Shown here in pieces: positions 1-12,040 of a stretch of 64,000 bases of DNA. The position numbers and the translations under genes are program-made. A model generated the notes under the pieces. The model was not told the origin of the DNA, did no database searches, and was given only the letters and a program-made list of their open reading frames with translations. This DNA comes from Octopus vulgaris (taxonomy: Eukaryota): contig OX597823.1 in NCBI GenBank assembly GCA_951406725.2, positions 117,614,001 to 117,678,000 on the forward strand, given 5' to 3'. The stretch's first letter is position 1; each line of letters begins with the position of its first letter.

Positions 1-669
1 AAGGAAGATTGCACTGAAATTTAGAAAAAGGTGATACCTTCAACTTCACAAACATGTTTGCTGATTTCATGCTTTACCACATCATATTGGTGAAAATCTT
101 CATTCTCATATTTGACACATATCTAGAATTTATCGAGAACACTGATGAGGGAGTGTCTGAAGAACTAATTAAAACTTAAAATGCCCATGTTACAACCAGA
201 TTTAATAATGCTGTCTCACCAGAAGTAATCTCTCCCCTGCACCTTAGTCTATGGCTCCTTCCTTGTCCCCTTTCCCTCATATCTTCTGTCCATATTCATT
301 CTTGTAAGGCAGGATAACCCTAGACCCCAGCTACCCAAACCACTCTACTCCCCTTGTCATTAACCCTTTTTCCTGCCATCTTCTCTCCTTCCAATTAATG
401 ACTTCTACTGTCATTCTCTCCTCTTCCATCTTGTCACAACTATAAATCTGTTCCTTTCACCTCATTCATCCTTCCTTATCCAGAATCATCACTCACTCTC
501 TTCTTCCTCAGTTACAAGGACCATTTTAGGCTTTTAACCATAACAATGAGGCAATGGTCACTTGTGCTGGTGCTACAAGAAGGCACCGAGTACACCGTGT
601 AAAGTAGCTGGCATTAAGAAGAGCAGCAACCACCCACAGAAACCATGTCAAAACAGATGCTGGGATATA

Positions 670-1235
670 TTGGGTTGTCCGGAAAGTTTGTGCCGATTTA
701 TAGTAGCTTACCTTTAGACTTATTTTAGAACATGGTTGAGTCCATGAAATAGGATTTGACTAGACCTCCATTTAGAGCACAGTTTAAGCTATCTTTTTGT
801 GGAAGAAGCTTTATGTTCCTATAACCTGTGTTAATCCTGTAACCCTTTAAAATGGAAGATGAGAAAGTTCATTTTCAGCACTTGATGCTTTGGGAACCAG
901 ACAAAAATTGCTGCAGCTCGGCTGGGATGTGTTACCCCACCCTCCATATTCACCAGATATTGCTCCTTCGGATTTCCACTTATTCAGGTCTCTGCAGAAT
1001 AGTCTTAATGGTAAAAATTTCAATTCCTTCAATTACGTAAAAAAATACCTTGATGAATTCTTTGCGATGAAACCACCTCAATTCTGGGAAGAGGGTATTT
1101 TCAAGTAAAAGGAAAGATGGAGACACATTGTGTAACAAAATGGTTCATATTTGGTTGTTTAAAAATGTAATGGCAAGTATTTATTGACCTTTCTATTTCC
1201 TTTAAAAATCGGCACAGACTTTCCGGACAACCCAA
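670..1235 (+). mobile_element. Internally deleted non-autonomous mariner (DD34D family) element
   Basis: TIRs TTGGGTTGTCCGGAAAGT.../...ACTTTCCGGACAACCCAA with TA on both sides (668-669, 1236-1237). The transposase start (MEDEKVHFQHLML) is fused to the C-terminal part (WDVLPHPPYSPDIAPSDFHLFRSLQN). Same family as 36228-37503. Confidence 0.93.
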
Positions 1236-1910
1236 TACAAATGCAACAACTTGGTGAAAATTTGTATCTGATGATAAGGTTGATTGTTTTCTTGAAAAGA
1301 CAACCAAACCATTAAACCTTTGCCAGTATGGATGCTGACAGTAAATGACGATGATGATGATGTAAGTGAATGAAAAATTTATCATAATATGCTGTGCTTT
1401 AGTTGTATGTTAGCTGGTTTAAAATTGCTGTGAAAAGAGTCACACTTATTGACAGCAGCCTGGGTGGTGGTGGTGGCAAGTTTAATGTACTCTTTAGTCT
1501 TCACACAAACAGTTTTCCTTCCACCCAAACAGTTTTCCATCCCTGCCTTAGCACTTCAAGTGAGCTAGCTGGTTAGAGCTCTTCCATTTCTATACTGACT
1601 ATTCTCATCAGTTAAATGTTTTATCATTGATCCATCTGATTCAGACGGGTGAATAATCAAAACCATACACTTGTAATATGCCCCTCTAGTTGTAGGCAAA
1701 TATTGATGAGACAAGAATAATGGTAAAGGAAAGTTGGAATGAAAATGAGCAATCAACCATTTACATTGAGAAATGGTAGAATGATTGTATACAGTTAGTA
1801 AAGATAAGATTCTCTTGGCTCAGCTGCAAGTCAGGTGAGACAAACAAACATGCAGGTGAGCCAATGCATAAAGACATTATTTGCTGATTGTTCGCTTTGA
1901 GAAGTAAATA

Positions 1911-2122
1911 TTTATTTCTTTACTACCCACAAGGGGCTAAACATAGAGGGGACAAACAAGGACAAACGGATTAAGTCGATTACATCGACCCCAGTGCATA
2001 ACTGGTATTTAATTTATCGACTCCGTAAAGATGAAAGGCAAAGTTGACCTCGGCGGAATTTGAACTCAGAACGTAACGGCAGACGAAATACAGCTACGCA
2101 TTTCACCCGGTGTGCTAACGTT
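1911..2122 (-). mobile_element. tRNA-derived SINE, family A (5'-truncated)
   Basis: Reverse complement of the GTTCAAATTCC B-box plus the CTTTGCCTTTCATC...GTCGATAAATTAA.TACCAG core seen in about 10 copies in this window. Confidence 0.85.
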
Positions 2123-3264
2123 TTTCTATTTGAGAAGTAAATATCTTTCAAATAGTAATAGTGGCTGACTTCCTCCATGTGTTATAGAAAATGTTCATCT
2201 ACCTACATATATAAAATTCTTTGTCTCTCTGTCAGTTTCCTATGCATTCTCAAATACCTCAACCAAATCAAATCAAATCTTACAAAGTAAATAGTATCAG
2301 ACTCCATGAGTGTCAATGTGTCATTTTTTTTTTTCATTTGGATTAAAACAATATAACATTGGCACTGGTGCAGTATTACGTGCCAAAAGTGAAAGAATAG
2401 GATCTATATTGTAATGTGATATAATATTTTCACTTTCATTCTTTCACTTCTAATTCTAATGTGATAACACTAAAATCATCTTATTTCTATTATATTTTAA
2501 ATAAATGAGTAATTTATATCCTAATGTGAGCAACATTACGTATTGGTAACTTTCCGTCTTTATGGTGTGGCAGGGTATGTGTGTTGAATGACATAACGGC
2601 TGACAAAAAAACAATGAGGTGACAGGTCCAAGGTATATAAAAATACACATTTACTGCTCAATTACCAGTTAATAATTTTCGCAGCAGCTGCATTGCAAGG
2701 TATTTACAATTATATTTTTACTCTTAAATTAACATTTAATATGTGTTTAATATATATATATATATATTAAGAAATTTATCTATAATAATTATTGTAGCAC
2801 TTACCAACAAATTATCAGTTCATACACGTGCTTCTATTTGGTTAATTTATACTGCATGCAAAAATAAAGACATACTACATACATACAACTGCTTAAAAAA
2901 TAGAGATTAATGTATGATTTTTTTCTATGTTCATAATTTTTTTGTTTACAATATTGAAGAAAATATGTCACCAAAAAAAAGACGTATTCTCTCCAGAAAC
3001 ATGTACAAAGCAAGGAGGATTGTAGAAAATCGAAGGCAAGAGTCTCAATAGAGAAGGGAGATGAGACTTTCTCAAGATCAGCAAACGCATGCTGCAGCAC
3101 TTAATGTTGAATCATTAAAACGTTGTTTTAATGATGAGACAGAGGTCCAATAGAAAAGCTCTCAGAAACAGACTACGTACAAATTCGTTCTTCACAATTG
3201 GAGCTGCTTTCAGATATGATCCATCCCATTCTTATAAAAATAGTAATTTTGTTCACTAAACTCA

Positions 3265-3625
3265 AATTGTCATTTCTGCAAAGCTTTAAAATTTCCAAAT
3301 GAAACTAATGGCATGTGCTGCTCAGGTAGTAAGTTAAGATTGCCAGCACTACCTGCTCCTCCTCAATCTCTTATGGATCTTCTGGAAGGCACTTTCATCC
3401 AGTCAAAGGATTTTCTGAACAATATCAGACAATACAACTCTGCATATCAAATGACATCACTTGGAGATAGTTGAAGATGGATTTACCTTGACTTTCAAAG
3501 TTCAAAGGCAAGTCTATCACCTCATCACTTCCCTATTATCCACAAATGAACAACCACAGTTCCTCCAAGTTTACTTTATAAGTGATGTAGGACAACAAAT
3601 CCAAAGGAGGTGTCAAAATTTCAGA
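3265..3625 (+). pseudogene. Helitron Rep/helicase N-terminal coding remnant (frameshifted)
   Basis: Translates across frameshifts as CHFCKALKFPNETNGMCCSG..LPALPAPPQSL..SKDFLNNIRQYNSAYQMTSLG..FKVQRQVYHLITSLL..PQFLQVYF, matching motifs typical of animal Helitron RepHel N-termini. Confidence 0.85.
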
Positions 3626-3856
3626 GGATGGATTGTGTTAGACACAGTGCTGACCACCGCAAAGTAGAGTCTATCCACTGACAGCTTTTCGCTGTGTTCA
3701 AATATCACATACCCCTACCCCCAATTTTCCATGACAGGTTAGGGCCTGGAATACTTACTTCAAACAGAGACATGACATGTCGCTTAGTCGAATTAGCCTA
3801 TCATTTACTCTACAAATGTTTTGTCAATGCTGCACTTTCTCGTATCACCTGTTTCG

Positions 3857-4258
3857 AGTGGCTGTGTGGTAAGTAGCTTGCTTACCAGCCACATGGTTCC
3901 AGGTTCAGTCCCACTGCGTGGCATCTTGGGCAAGTGTCTTCTACTATAGCCTTGGGCCAACCAATGCCTTGTGAGTGAATTTGGTAGACGGAAACTGAAA
4001 GAAGCCTGTCGTATATATGTATATATATATATATGTATGTATGTGTGTGTATGTTTGTGTGTCTGTGTTTGTCCCCCTAGCATTGCTTGACAACTAATGC
4101 TGGTGTGTTTACGTCCCCGTCACTTAGCGGTTCAGCAAAAGAGACCGATAGAATAAGTACTGGGCTTACAAAGATTAAGTCCTGGGGTCGATTTGCTTGA
4201 CTAAAGGCGGTGCTCCAGCATGGCCGCAGTCAAATAACTAAAACAAGTAAAAGAGTAA

Positions 4259-4260
<2 letters not shown>
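3857..4260 (+). mobile_element. tRNA-derived SINE, family B, nested in the Helitron
   Basis: A-box-like GTGGCTGTGTGGTAAG, B-box-like GGTTCAGTCCC, TTGGGCAAGTGTC core, internal (TA/TG)n, AAAAGAGT tail; near-identical to 15481-15895. Confidence 0.88.
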
Positions 4261-4297
<37 letters not shown>

Positions 4298-5339
4298 CTA
4301 AGCCACTTTAATCCCGAGCAATGCTGGGTATCTCTGCTAGTATGCTATAATACTGTTGGAATATTTCTGAGGCCGAAACATTTGATTACGAGGACCAACA
4401 TTCCTAAGTGAACAGTTTTGATCCGAATGGGTTTGGAGGTGAAAAACAATTAAAAGAAAAAGTCAGCAGTGATTGAAAGATCAATGTTTGATTGTTGTAG
4501 TTTAATCTCATGTCATCCCTGATAGAGCATATTTAATAATCAAAGACATTCCAGCTGTGACCACTGATTTTTTCTTATGTGCAGGTAGCACATTATCTAA
4601 GGTGCATGACTTAAAATGGTAAAGCTGATCTGAGTGAGATTTAGCTGCTACTTCTAGCTAAAACAAGCATACAGAGGTACTTTCATTGGCTTGTCAATGT
4701 GCTGGTCAAATATACTCATAGGTGAGGTTATGAATTGGTAAAGACAGTTCAGAATGATAAATGATTTTTCTCTCTATGCCAGGAGTTATCGTCAGTGAAG
4801 AAGGGGGACTTTTATAGAGGCAGGTGAGGACAGGGTCAGCAAGGAAGGCAACATCAGGGACATCAGAAAGAGAAGTAGGTGAAGTGAGAGTCGGTTAGGA
4901 TAGCAACAGGAGAGAGAGAGAGAGAGAGAAAGCAGTTAAAATATGTTCTAAATATATGGTGAAGAAAGAGTTAAATATGGAGAATGAAATAGCTGTCAGG
5001 AGAGTTTAAAAAGCAGAATATTGAACATGAAAGATGGACTGGACATTTTCATTGATAGCTAGATGAAAAATGAGTAAAAAAAATAATACATTCTATGCAA
5101 ACATAGTATAGAGGGTAACCTGAATATTACAAGATGGGAGATGTGTAGCCTTCTCCGTTATGTCTATTTTCCTCTTGTTAATACTCCTGAGTAAAACAGG
5201 AACATCAAGTTTCTTCCAGAGTGTGCAATGTAGGTAAGCCTAGAAAGTAACAGGAAACATTGAAGACACAGCACAACAACAACAAAATACCCCCCACCAC
5301 CACCACACACCACTTTTAAGAAATAAACAAGACCAACAA

Positions 5340-5653
5340 AAACAACATGTAAAAATACAGTTTATTCTGTGAAATCTAGAGATTCCACAGATCTAATGGT
5401 ATGTGACAAGATATTTTGAGACTGTATACAGCGACAAATTGTAAAGGCATCACTACAGAATAGACTAACTGCAATGGTGTATTTGGTTGCAGAAAAGTTT
5501 CAAAATCATGAAGTCAGAATGTAAGAGATTCTTTCAATGGAAAAGTCTGAACTGTGCAGATTTATGTTGAAACACTGTCACTGGAGATCTTCATAAAATC
5601 TGTATGCTGAAGCTTTACAAGGAACAACAATTGCACTTCTTCCTAGTAAAATG

Positions 5654-5687
<34 letters not shown>

Positions 5688-8616
5688 CACACGCTCACAA
5701 GCATACATAAACACATACATATACAGAGAGAGGAAGCATGAATGAAAGAGTCAAAGGGATACTGAAATACCTGCTCAAAGGACAGCAATCAATATTCTAT
5801 CTTTGACACCACACAACACTGTGGTGTTGTAGGTCCATAGCTAAAACACCAAAAACTTAAAAACTGTCCAGCCCACTTTGCATTGAATCACTTTGCTTTA
5901 GGACAGTTTTTTTTTTTACATCCTGAATGTTGGATTAGTAGTGAAGTATTGATTTTTAGTGATTGAAACAGTAAAATATGTGTCAATACAATCACATGGT
6001 ATTGATTAATAATATTTAAATCAACGGTTGAGTATTTTAACACTTCACTATTGTTATTGCTATTACAGATAAAGTTCCTCACATACTTTCATAATCAAAG
6101 ATAAAGAATTAATCTTGAAACAAGAGAGGAAGAGCTTGGAATTTTAATGACTCATCTTAAAATTTGAATTTAGATATTCATCTTGTTACATGGAATTGGT
6201 TTGCAGAAAATTGAAGATAGAAGAAAATACTTTCTAAAAATATGTCAGATGACTGGGACATCTCTACAGAAAGTGCTTGTCTAGTCTGTCTTAAGTAATT
6301 CAACCAGATCGAACCTGTCCCTCTCTCGACTAGTCACTATGATTGAACTTAAAGGCTCAAGCAGTAATTACAAGCATGTCACAGACTTGGCTTTTCCAGG
6401 GTTTACAACTACATTAAGCACCTGCATTTGATGATAAAACAGAAATTAAGATTTTGTAGTTTATGTTAACCATTGCTACTAATATATAATCAAAGGCATC
6501 TCATGACTGCCACCACATTGTTAAAGATAGAGAAAACTTTATTTAATATTTCAGCATCCATAATTCTCATTAAAATAAATTATTTTCCCTCTTTCTAAAA
6601 CATTGGGGTAGCTTTCATGCCTTTTCACACACTATCATTCAAAGTGTGTATAGTTACAACAGTCAAACGAAAGTAGAAACAACTTTGGCTTCTGCAAACG
6701 GTTGCAGTTTGCTCTTGTATCTAGCAGCTGCTTCCACATGTTATAGTTGTCCCCAACACAGCATTTGTCTGCCTGTTATAGTGGCAATTAGGATTGGCAT
6801 CAAGGTCATATCCATGTTATATTCATACATACACTCTCACACAATGGTCAATAATGTACATCCAAATATAAGAGAAAACAAAGCTTTAAATGAAATGATG
6901 ATGATGAAAATAATGCACATCTGATAAAAGGCACAAAGTTACTAAATAGCAGATTGCTAATAATTATGATGTTATGAGTATTCTAGACTGATTGAAGTAC
7001 CTCGTTCTGAATGTATCGTACGAATTTGTGAACCTACAAACAATGAAATTGTTTTGTGCATATCTGACTGCAATGTGATTTAAAGAAAACTGCAGCATAA
7101 ATATGATGCACAAAAACTAGTAATTTTATACTCTCCACAGTAGTACTTTGTAGACTAATCACTATGCAATGCATCATCAAAGACTGTCCATAGCTTCATG
7201 CATAGCTAACTGCAACAAAGCTTGGCAATGGCAAGATGTAATACAAGACACAAATAGCATTGGAAATGATGTCACTGATGCAAAGTCCATCCGAGTACAA
7301 TACAGAAATCAGAGTTTATAGCTTAATAAGGAACCTTATATTTAATGAATGACATCAAGGCCAGGAATGAGAAGGAATGGCTATAATTGTGCTATAAAAC
7401 AACAACATGATTTAGACAGTTCAGAACCAAAACTTTAGACAACACAAGTTTTATGAACATGGAAAACCCACAAACATAAAACACAAACGACTCCACAACA
7501 AAACAGCAATGTACAAGTTTTCACCGCAGTTTACACTTCCTGTACATACTGTTACAAAGTATGGAATATAAAACTTACCTATGATTGACAAATGTACAGT
7601 AAAACAAACAATATAAAGAGAGAGAGAGAAATGGGAGGCACAGGTGAAGCCATACTTTCTTCATAGATAACAAAATTCAGAATTGCACTGATGCCAGATT
7701 TACAGACAATTTTAACAATTCTACACCATTGTGTAATCATTACTACACACTGCAATTTGCAGTTGGTCCAACTTCACAAAAAATAATACACATAATTTTC
7801 TCTATTTTCCTTTCTTTTTTTAAATTATTTTAATTATTTACAGAATCTCATTTTATTCTGTTTTGTATTTTTTTTCAAATTTTGTTTGTACATTTGTTTC
7901 ATTGTTTATGTTTTATTTATTGTCTTTTTTTCTTCTTTCTTCTCGTCTTATTTTTTAGTTTGTGGAAGATGATATTGAAATAAGATACAAGGCAATAAAA
8001 AGCAGTAGGACTGGTGGGGGGGTGGGACGGGGGAATTAAAATTGAAAATGGGATAAAGAAAACGGCAGTAGGTATAGGGTTGGGGGCCCATAACAGAGAC
8101 AGAGAACAATATAACTACTCATGATTTGTCTCGGCTTGGAATATTTTTTTGTTTGTTATATTTTCGTATGAAAGCTAAGATGGTCAGTTGTTGTCATGTA
8201 ATTCATTAAAATAGAGCTTTACTTTTTTTAAAAAAAAAAAGATAATTAGAGAGAGAAGACAAAAAGGAAAAAAAAGATGCTACAGAGAAGCATAAAGATT
8301 ATAATATATTCAGAAAATATAGCTTTTATGTTGTTGAAGAATATCAAAATGTTTTCAGACAAGAAGAGAAAGAAGGAGAATAGGAGGAAATGATCTGAAG
8401 TTTTGAAATTTTGCTGGTTCACAGGTTGAAGTAAAAGTGGAACTTGTTATTCACTGAAGGACATTGGTACTGTGTTGTTGGTGTAATGACAGTTGTGGTG
8501 TGTTGTGTTTCAATGAAGAAGTGAGGCTGGAGAGGAATGGTAGCAGCCTATACAGTGTTCCCAGGAGATACATATGTCACAGAAAAAGATATACACAGAT
8601 AATTGGTGGGTTGTTA
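5340..8616 (-). other. RIC1: Probable RIC1 3'UTR
   Basis: Directly downstream of the stop codon, free of the SINE/LINE copies that fill the introns, and ends at an AATAAA followed by a GU/U-rich tract on the minus strand. Confidence 0.5.
5361..5366 (-). promoter_or_regulatory. Candidate polyadenylation signal AATAAA
   Basis: Plus-strand TTTATT at 5361-5366; the downstream minus-strand sequence is GU-rich (TGTTGTTTTTGTTGGTCTTGTTT). Confidence 0.5.
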
Positions 8617-8869
8617 TCAAGATAAAAGACAATCATTGGTCTTAGTGTTTTTATCTTCATCAGGTTCAGTGTTGTTCTTCTCAACACTATCAGTTCGGAT
8701 TGTCTGCACGACTGGTGACAGGGTCTTGCTTTCATTATGTACATTATGGACAGGAGTTTCTTCAACTGGTAACACAGACAGTCTAGTAATGGCAGGCATC
8801 TGGTTGGCAATTCTATCGAGCACCTGAATCTGCTCATTTATTGTAAGAAAGAAGGTTTTGTAGCCAATG
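8617..8869 (-). CDS. RIC1: RIC1 terminal coding exon
   Basis: Acceptor tttcag at 8870; phase 2 joins TG|C. Reads CIGYKTFFLTINEQIQVLDRIANQ...NDCLLS*, comparable to vertebrate RIC1 DCPGYKPFL...CSVS (recalled from memory). Confidence 0.88.
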
Positions 8870-8884
8870 CTGAAAGATTAAAAT

Positions 8885-8954
8885 AATAATAACAACATTA
8901 GTAGTAGTAGTGGTAGTAGTGGTGGTGCTGGTGGTAGTAGTAGTAGTAGTAGTA

Positions 8955-8997
<43 letters not shown>

Positions 8998-9008
8998 TAG
9001 TAGTAGTA
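8885..9008. repeat. (TAG)n/(TAA)n microsatellite next to the terminal-exon acceptor
   Basis: Direct trinucleotide tandem runs. Confidence 0.95.
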
Positions 9009-9293
9009 TGGCTTCTGAACATAACTGATTGGAACTGTTATGTATGTTTTACCTTGGAGAAAAAAAATGGGCTTGCTTGTCAGTTGCTTGACCATAAGCA
9101 GTTGAGCATGTCCCTAAGTGGCTGACGATATGTGCATCTCTGACCATGAGCAGGATTAGCAGGGGAGCATCATAGCCAAGTGTTCAGAAGAATTCTTTGG
9201 GGTTTGAATAATTCACCTCAAGAAACATAGGTGTTTCATTCAACATCCTTAAACAAACCTTATTCAGGGACCTTTTGAGCAGGCTGGGCTACT
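9008..9293. repeat. Partial copy of the interspersed repeat at 42176-42733, inverted orientation
   Basis: Reverse complement matches 42375-42698 (e.g. GATATGTGCATCTCTGA, CCTTATTCAGGGACCTTTTGAGC). Confidence 0.85.
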
Positions 9294-9973
9294 GTACGTA
9301 TGTGTATTTTAACCAACCAACCGTAACTAAGAGAATGAAATTCAAATGTGCCAACCAATTGGATTTAGCTTGAGATTGTAAATAATCTCTCCCCTACCCC
9401 CGTAAGTTTTTAAACCACTGTAAAACTGTATTGATAATAATGTAAGCATAGCCCGTTACGACCTATCTCTTACCTCTTGATCTGTGAACTCTACGTATGT
9501 ACATACATATACCTTTTGTATGATGTAAAAGGATAAAATCTCTTTATATATGTATATGTATCAATGGATATTTTTGCGCATGTATGTATATGCATATACA
9601 TGTATTTGTTACCTGTGTGTATATATATATGTATGAAGATTTAGACTGAAGTTTAGATTTTGACTGTATGATACATGAATATAATGACATTGTATATTGT
9701 ATTCCATTATTTATTGAATTAATGTGCTGGCATCTTCCTTAGGCATCTGTTTATATGTTATGTTATACTATATTATATATGTAATATACAATATATTATA
9801 TTTTCCATCTACTATGTATTGTGAATAGCAGAATGCACATATTCCATTATTGGTATTATTATTAATAATAATAATAATATTAATAGTTTTGGTGATGTAA
9901 TTCAATGAACTTTGAACTTTGTATATGTACCCTTTGATGTGGATATATATGTATATATATGTGTATATACACT

Positions 9974-10014
<41 letters not shown>

Positions 10015-10073
10015 TTGTGCATGTGTATTTTGTTTCATATTTGTATTTTATATCTTCATAATTGTACTTTATA

Positions 10074-10201
10074 ATCTCTGACGAGGCCTTGAGATATATA
10101 TATATAAGTAACTCATTTTTAACTGCATATTGCCTCAATACATCTGACTAATATAGGCACAATGAGATACCTTTATCTACAGGCTGAAACAGCTGTAAGA
10201 T
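10074..10201 (+). ncRNA. Type I hammerhead-ribozyme-like motif with large stem-II insert
   Basis: Stem I ATCT/AGAT; CTGACGA 10078-10084; stem II GGCCT/AGGCT enclosing ~90 nt; GAAA 10186-10189; palindromic ACAGCTGT stem III; GUA triplet 10195-10197. Confidence 0.8.
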
Positions 10202-10365
10202 CCATTTTATATGTATTATTTTTATGGTATTATCTTATTTATTGATGTACATTGTTTTATTCTGTTGGATTTGGATGTTCCTATTTAATTAGTTAATAAA
10301 TTATATGAATTGGTAATATCCGTAAGTCGATGATTGAAAGGAATCTGTTCCTCCATTTTCTTATT

Positions 10366-10414
<49 letters not shown>

Positions 10415-11132
10415 TATTTACAGTTGTTAAACACTAAAATCTGGAGTAGAGATAAATGTATTAATGAAACTTATTAAAACATAAAATTAAACGAGAAAAG
10501 TTGACTAATAAGGATTATTCATATTTTTCCAGATAACAAAGAATATATGTACAAACAAACATTTAGATCAATTTAGATATGCTTAGGAGACGTGGACAAA
10601 GGTTGTCTTTACTGTGAAATTTACCAGAGAAAACCTTTATCGTTGTGGGCTATACGTGTTGTAAAACACCACCAGTCATTCCCAGACATCTTCTCTTGGC
10701 AGAACAGTGAATGCATTTCTAGCTCTTTGGCAATTACCAGCACCAATCATGAAATGACTTCAAAAACATTTGTTTCTTTATAGTAAATCAGCATCTAAAT
10801 AAAAGCTGATTATGTGCAATGCCAGCCCTGGCTAAATAAACTATTGTAGTGGGCATACAAAAGAAGCATGGTAAATGAAGAAATATTTAGATCAGTAACA
10901 AAATGTTTAGGACAATTTGCTGTCATCATGTGAACACTGCAAACTCTGAATTGAGGCCTAAGATCCAGTTTTGTATTTATTATAAAAACAGTAATGCTGT
11001 CTCTTATACAACTATAGGACAAGCACCAGAAGCATTTTAAACCATTGCCTGAAGTACTGAAGGTTTGTGAAGAGGTTCCGATATAGAGAAGTAAATGAAA
11101 AGTCTAAAGACATGAAGCAATATGCAACTTAC

Positions 11133-11321
11133 CATTCTGTTTCTGCCCAGAGTTCCAGGTAAGATAAGCCCTCCCTCATTCGCCCCAGCATCTCTAGGGG
11201 TGTATCTGTCATGCTTGCAGTATTTACAGTACGAACCACAGCCAAAGTATCACGAAGCACCACAGAAATGATGAGGGCCCACTCTAGACAACCAGCCTCT
11301 AGAATCAGCTGCAACAAGTAT
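11133..11321 (-). CDS. RIC1: RIC1 coding exon
   Basis: tttcag acceptor and GTAAGT donor, 189 nt, phase 2-2. YLLQLILEAGCLEWALIISVVLRD...LSYLELWAETE corresponds to RIC1 YLLHIFMEAGCLDWCIVIGLILRE. Confidence 0.95.
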
Positions 11322-11806
11322 CTGAAATGAAGAACAGTTCCAGTTATTGCATGTTCAAAAGATTATTGCAATCACTTGCAGAAGTATTTTGGAAACAAGT
11401 CATTTCTGTGCTAAAAGGAAAAAAAGTTTTTTGAGTAACCAAGTAGAAATGTAAAAAGCCATAACTAAATCAAATGCACAAGCAGCAACAACAACAATAA
11501 ACACCTAAATAAGATGCTTCACAAATTAGGAAAATGATAACAGAACAATAACAACAACAAAACTAAAAAAAAATCTGTTAATTATTTGTGTATATCACCT
11601 TCTTGTAGAACTGAGTGTCACTCACAATGGTAGAAGGAAGCAAAACTTTATTTGAAATACATACCACAGGGACAGTCCACTATAAGTGGCAGAGACCCCG
11701 TGTGTGTGTGTGTGTGTGCCTCATTATTATCCTTTTCACATTAACATATGCCAGCATGGAAAAGTCAAACAGGTCTTTCTGAAGCAGTGTTTTGCAGTCA
11801 GATGCA

Positions 11807-12040
11807 AAGGTGGTGAATTGGTAGAATCGTTAGCACGCCGGGCGAAATGCTTAGCGGTATTTCGTCTGCCGTTACGTTCTGAGTTCAAATTCTGTCGAGG
11901 TCGACTTTGCCTTTCATTCTTTCAGGGTCGATAAATTAAGTACCAGTTATGCACTGGGGTCGATGTAATCGACTTAATCTCTTTGTCTGTCCTTGTTTGT
12001 CCCCTCTATGTTTAGCCCCTTGTGGGCAATAAAGAAATAA
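11807..12040 (+). mobile_element. tRNA-derived SINE, family A (full length)
   Basis: A-box-like TGGTAGAATCGTTAG, B-box GAGTTCAAATTC, conserved core, AATAAAGAAATAA tail. Confidence 0.88.

Larger units (their letters stand above)
2198..4340 (+). mobile_element. Non-autonomous/decayed Helitron
   Basis: 5' A|TC start (TCTACCTACATATATAAAATTCTTTGTC), 3' hairpin CCCGAGCAATGCTGGG followed by CTAG|T at 4337-4341, no TSD, internal Rep/helicase-type coding remnant. Confidence 0.82.

Noticed and set aside
141-200. CTGATGA as a possible hammerhead core
   Set aside because: No downstream GAAA-palindrome-NUH or stem I partner visible
9768-10138. ORFs rich in IYIY/CVCV/HTHT/LLLL (also at 27289-27583, 44760-45175, 63771-63986)
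   Set aside because: Translations of microsatellites, not proteins
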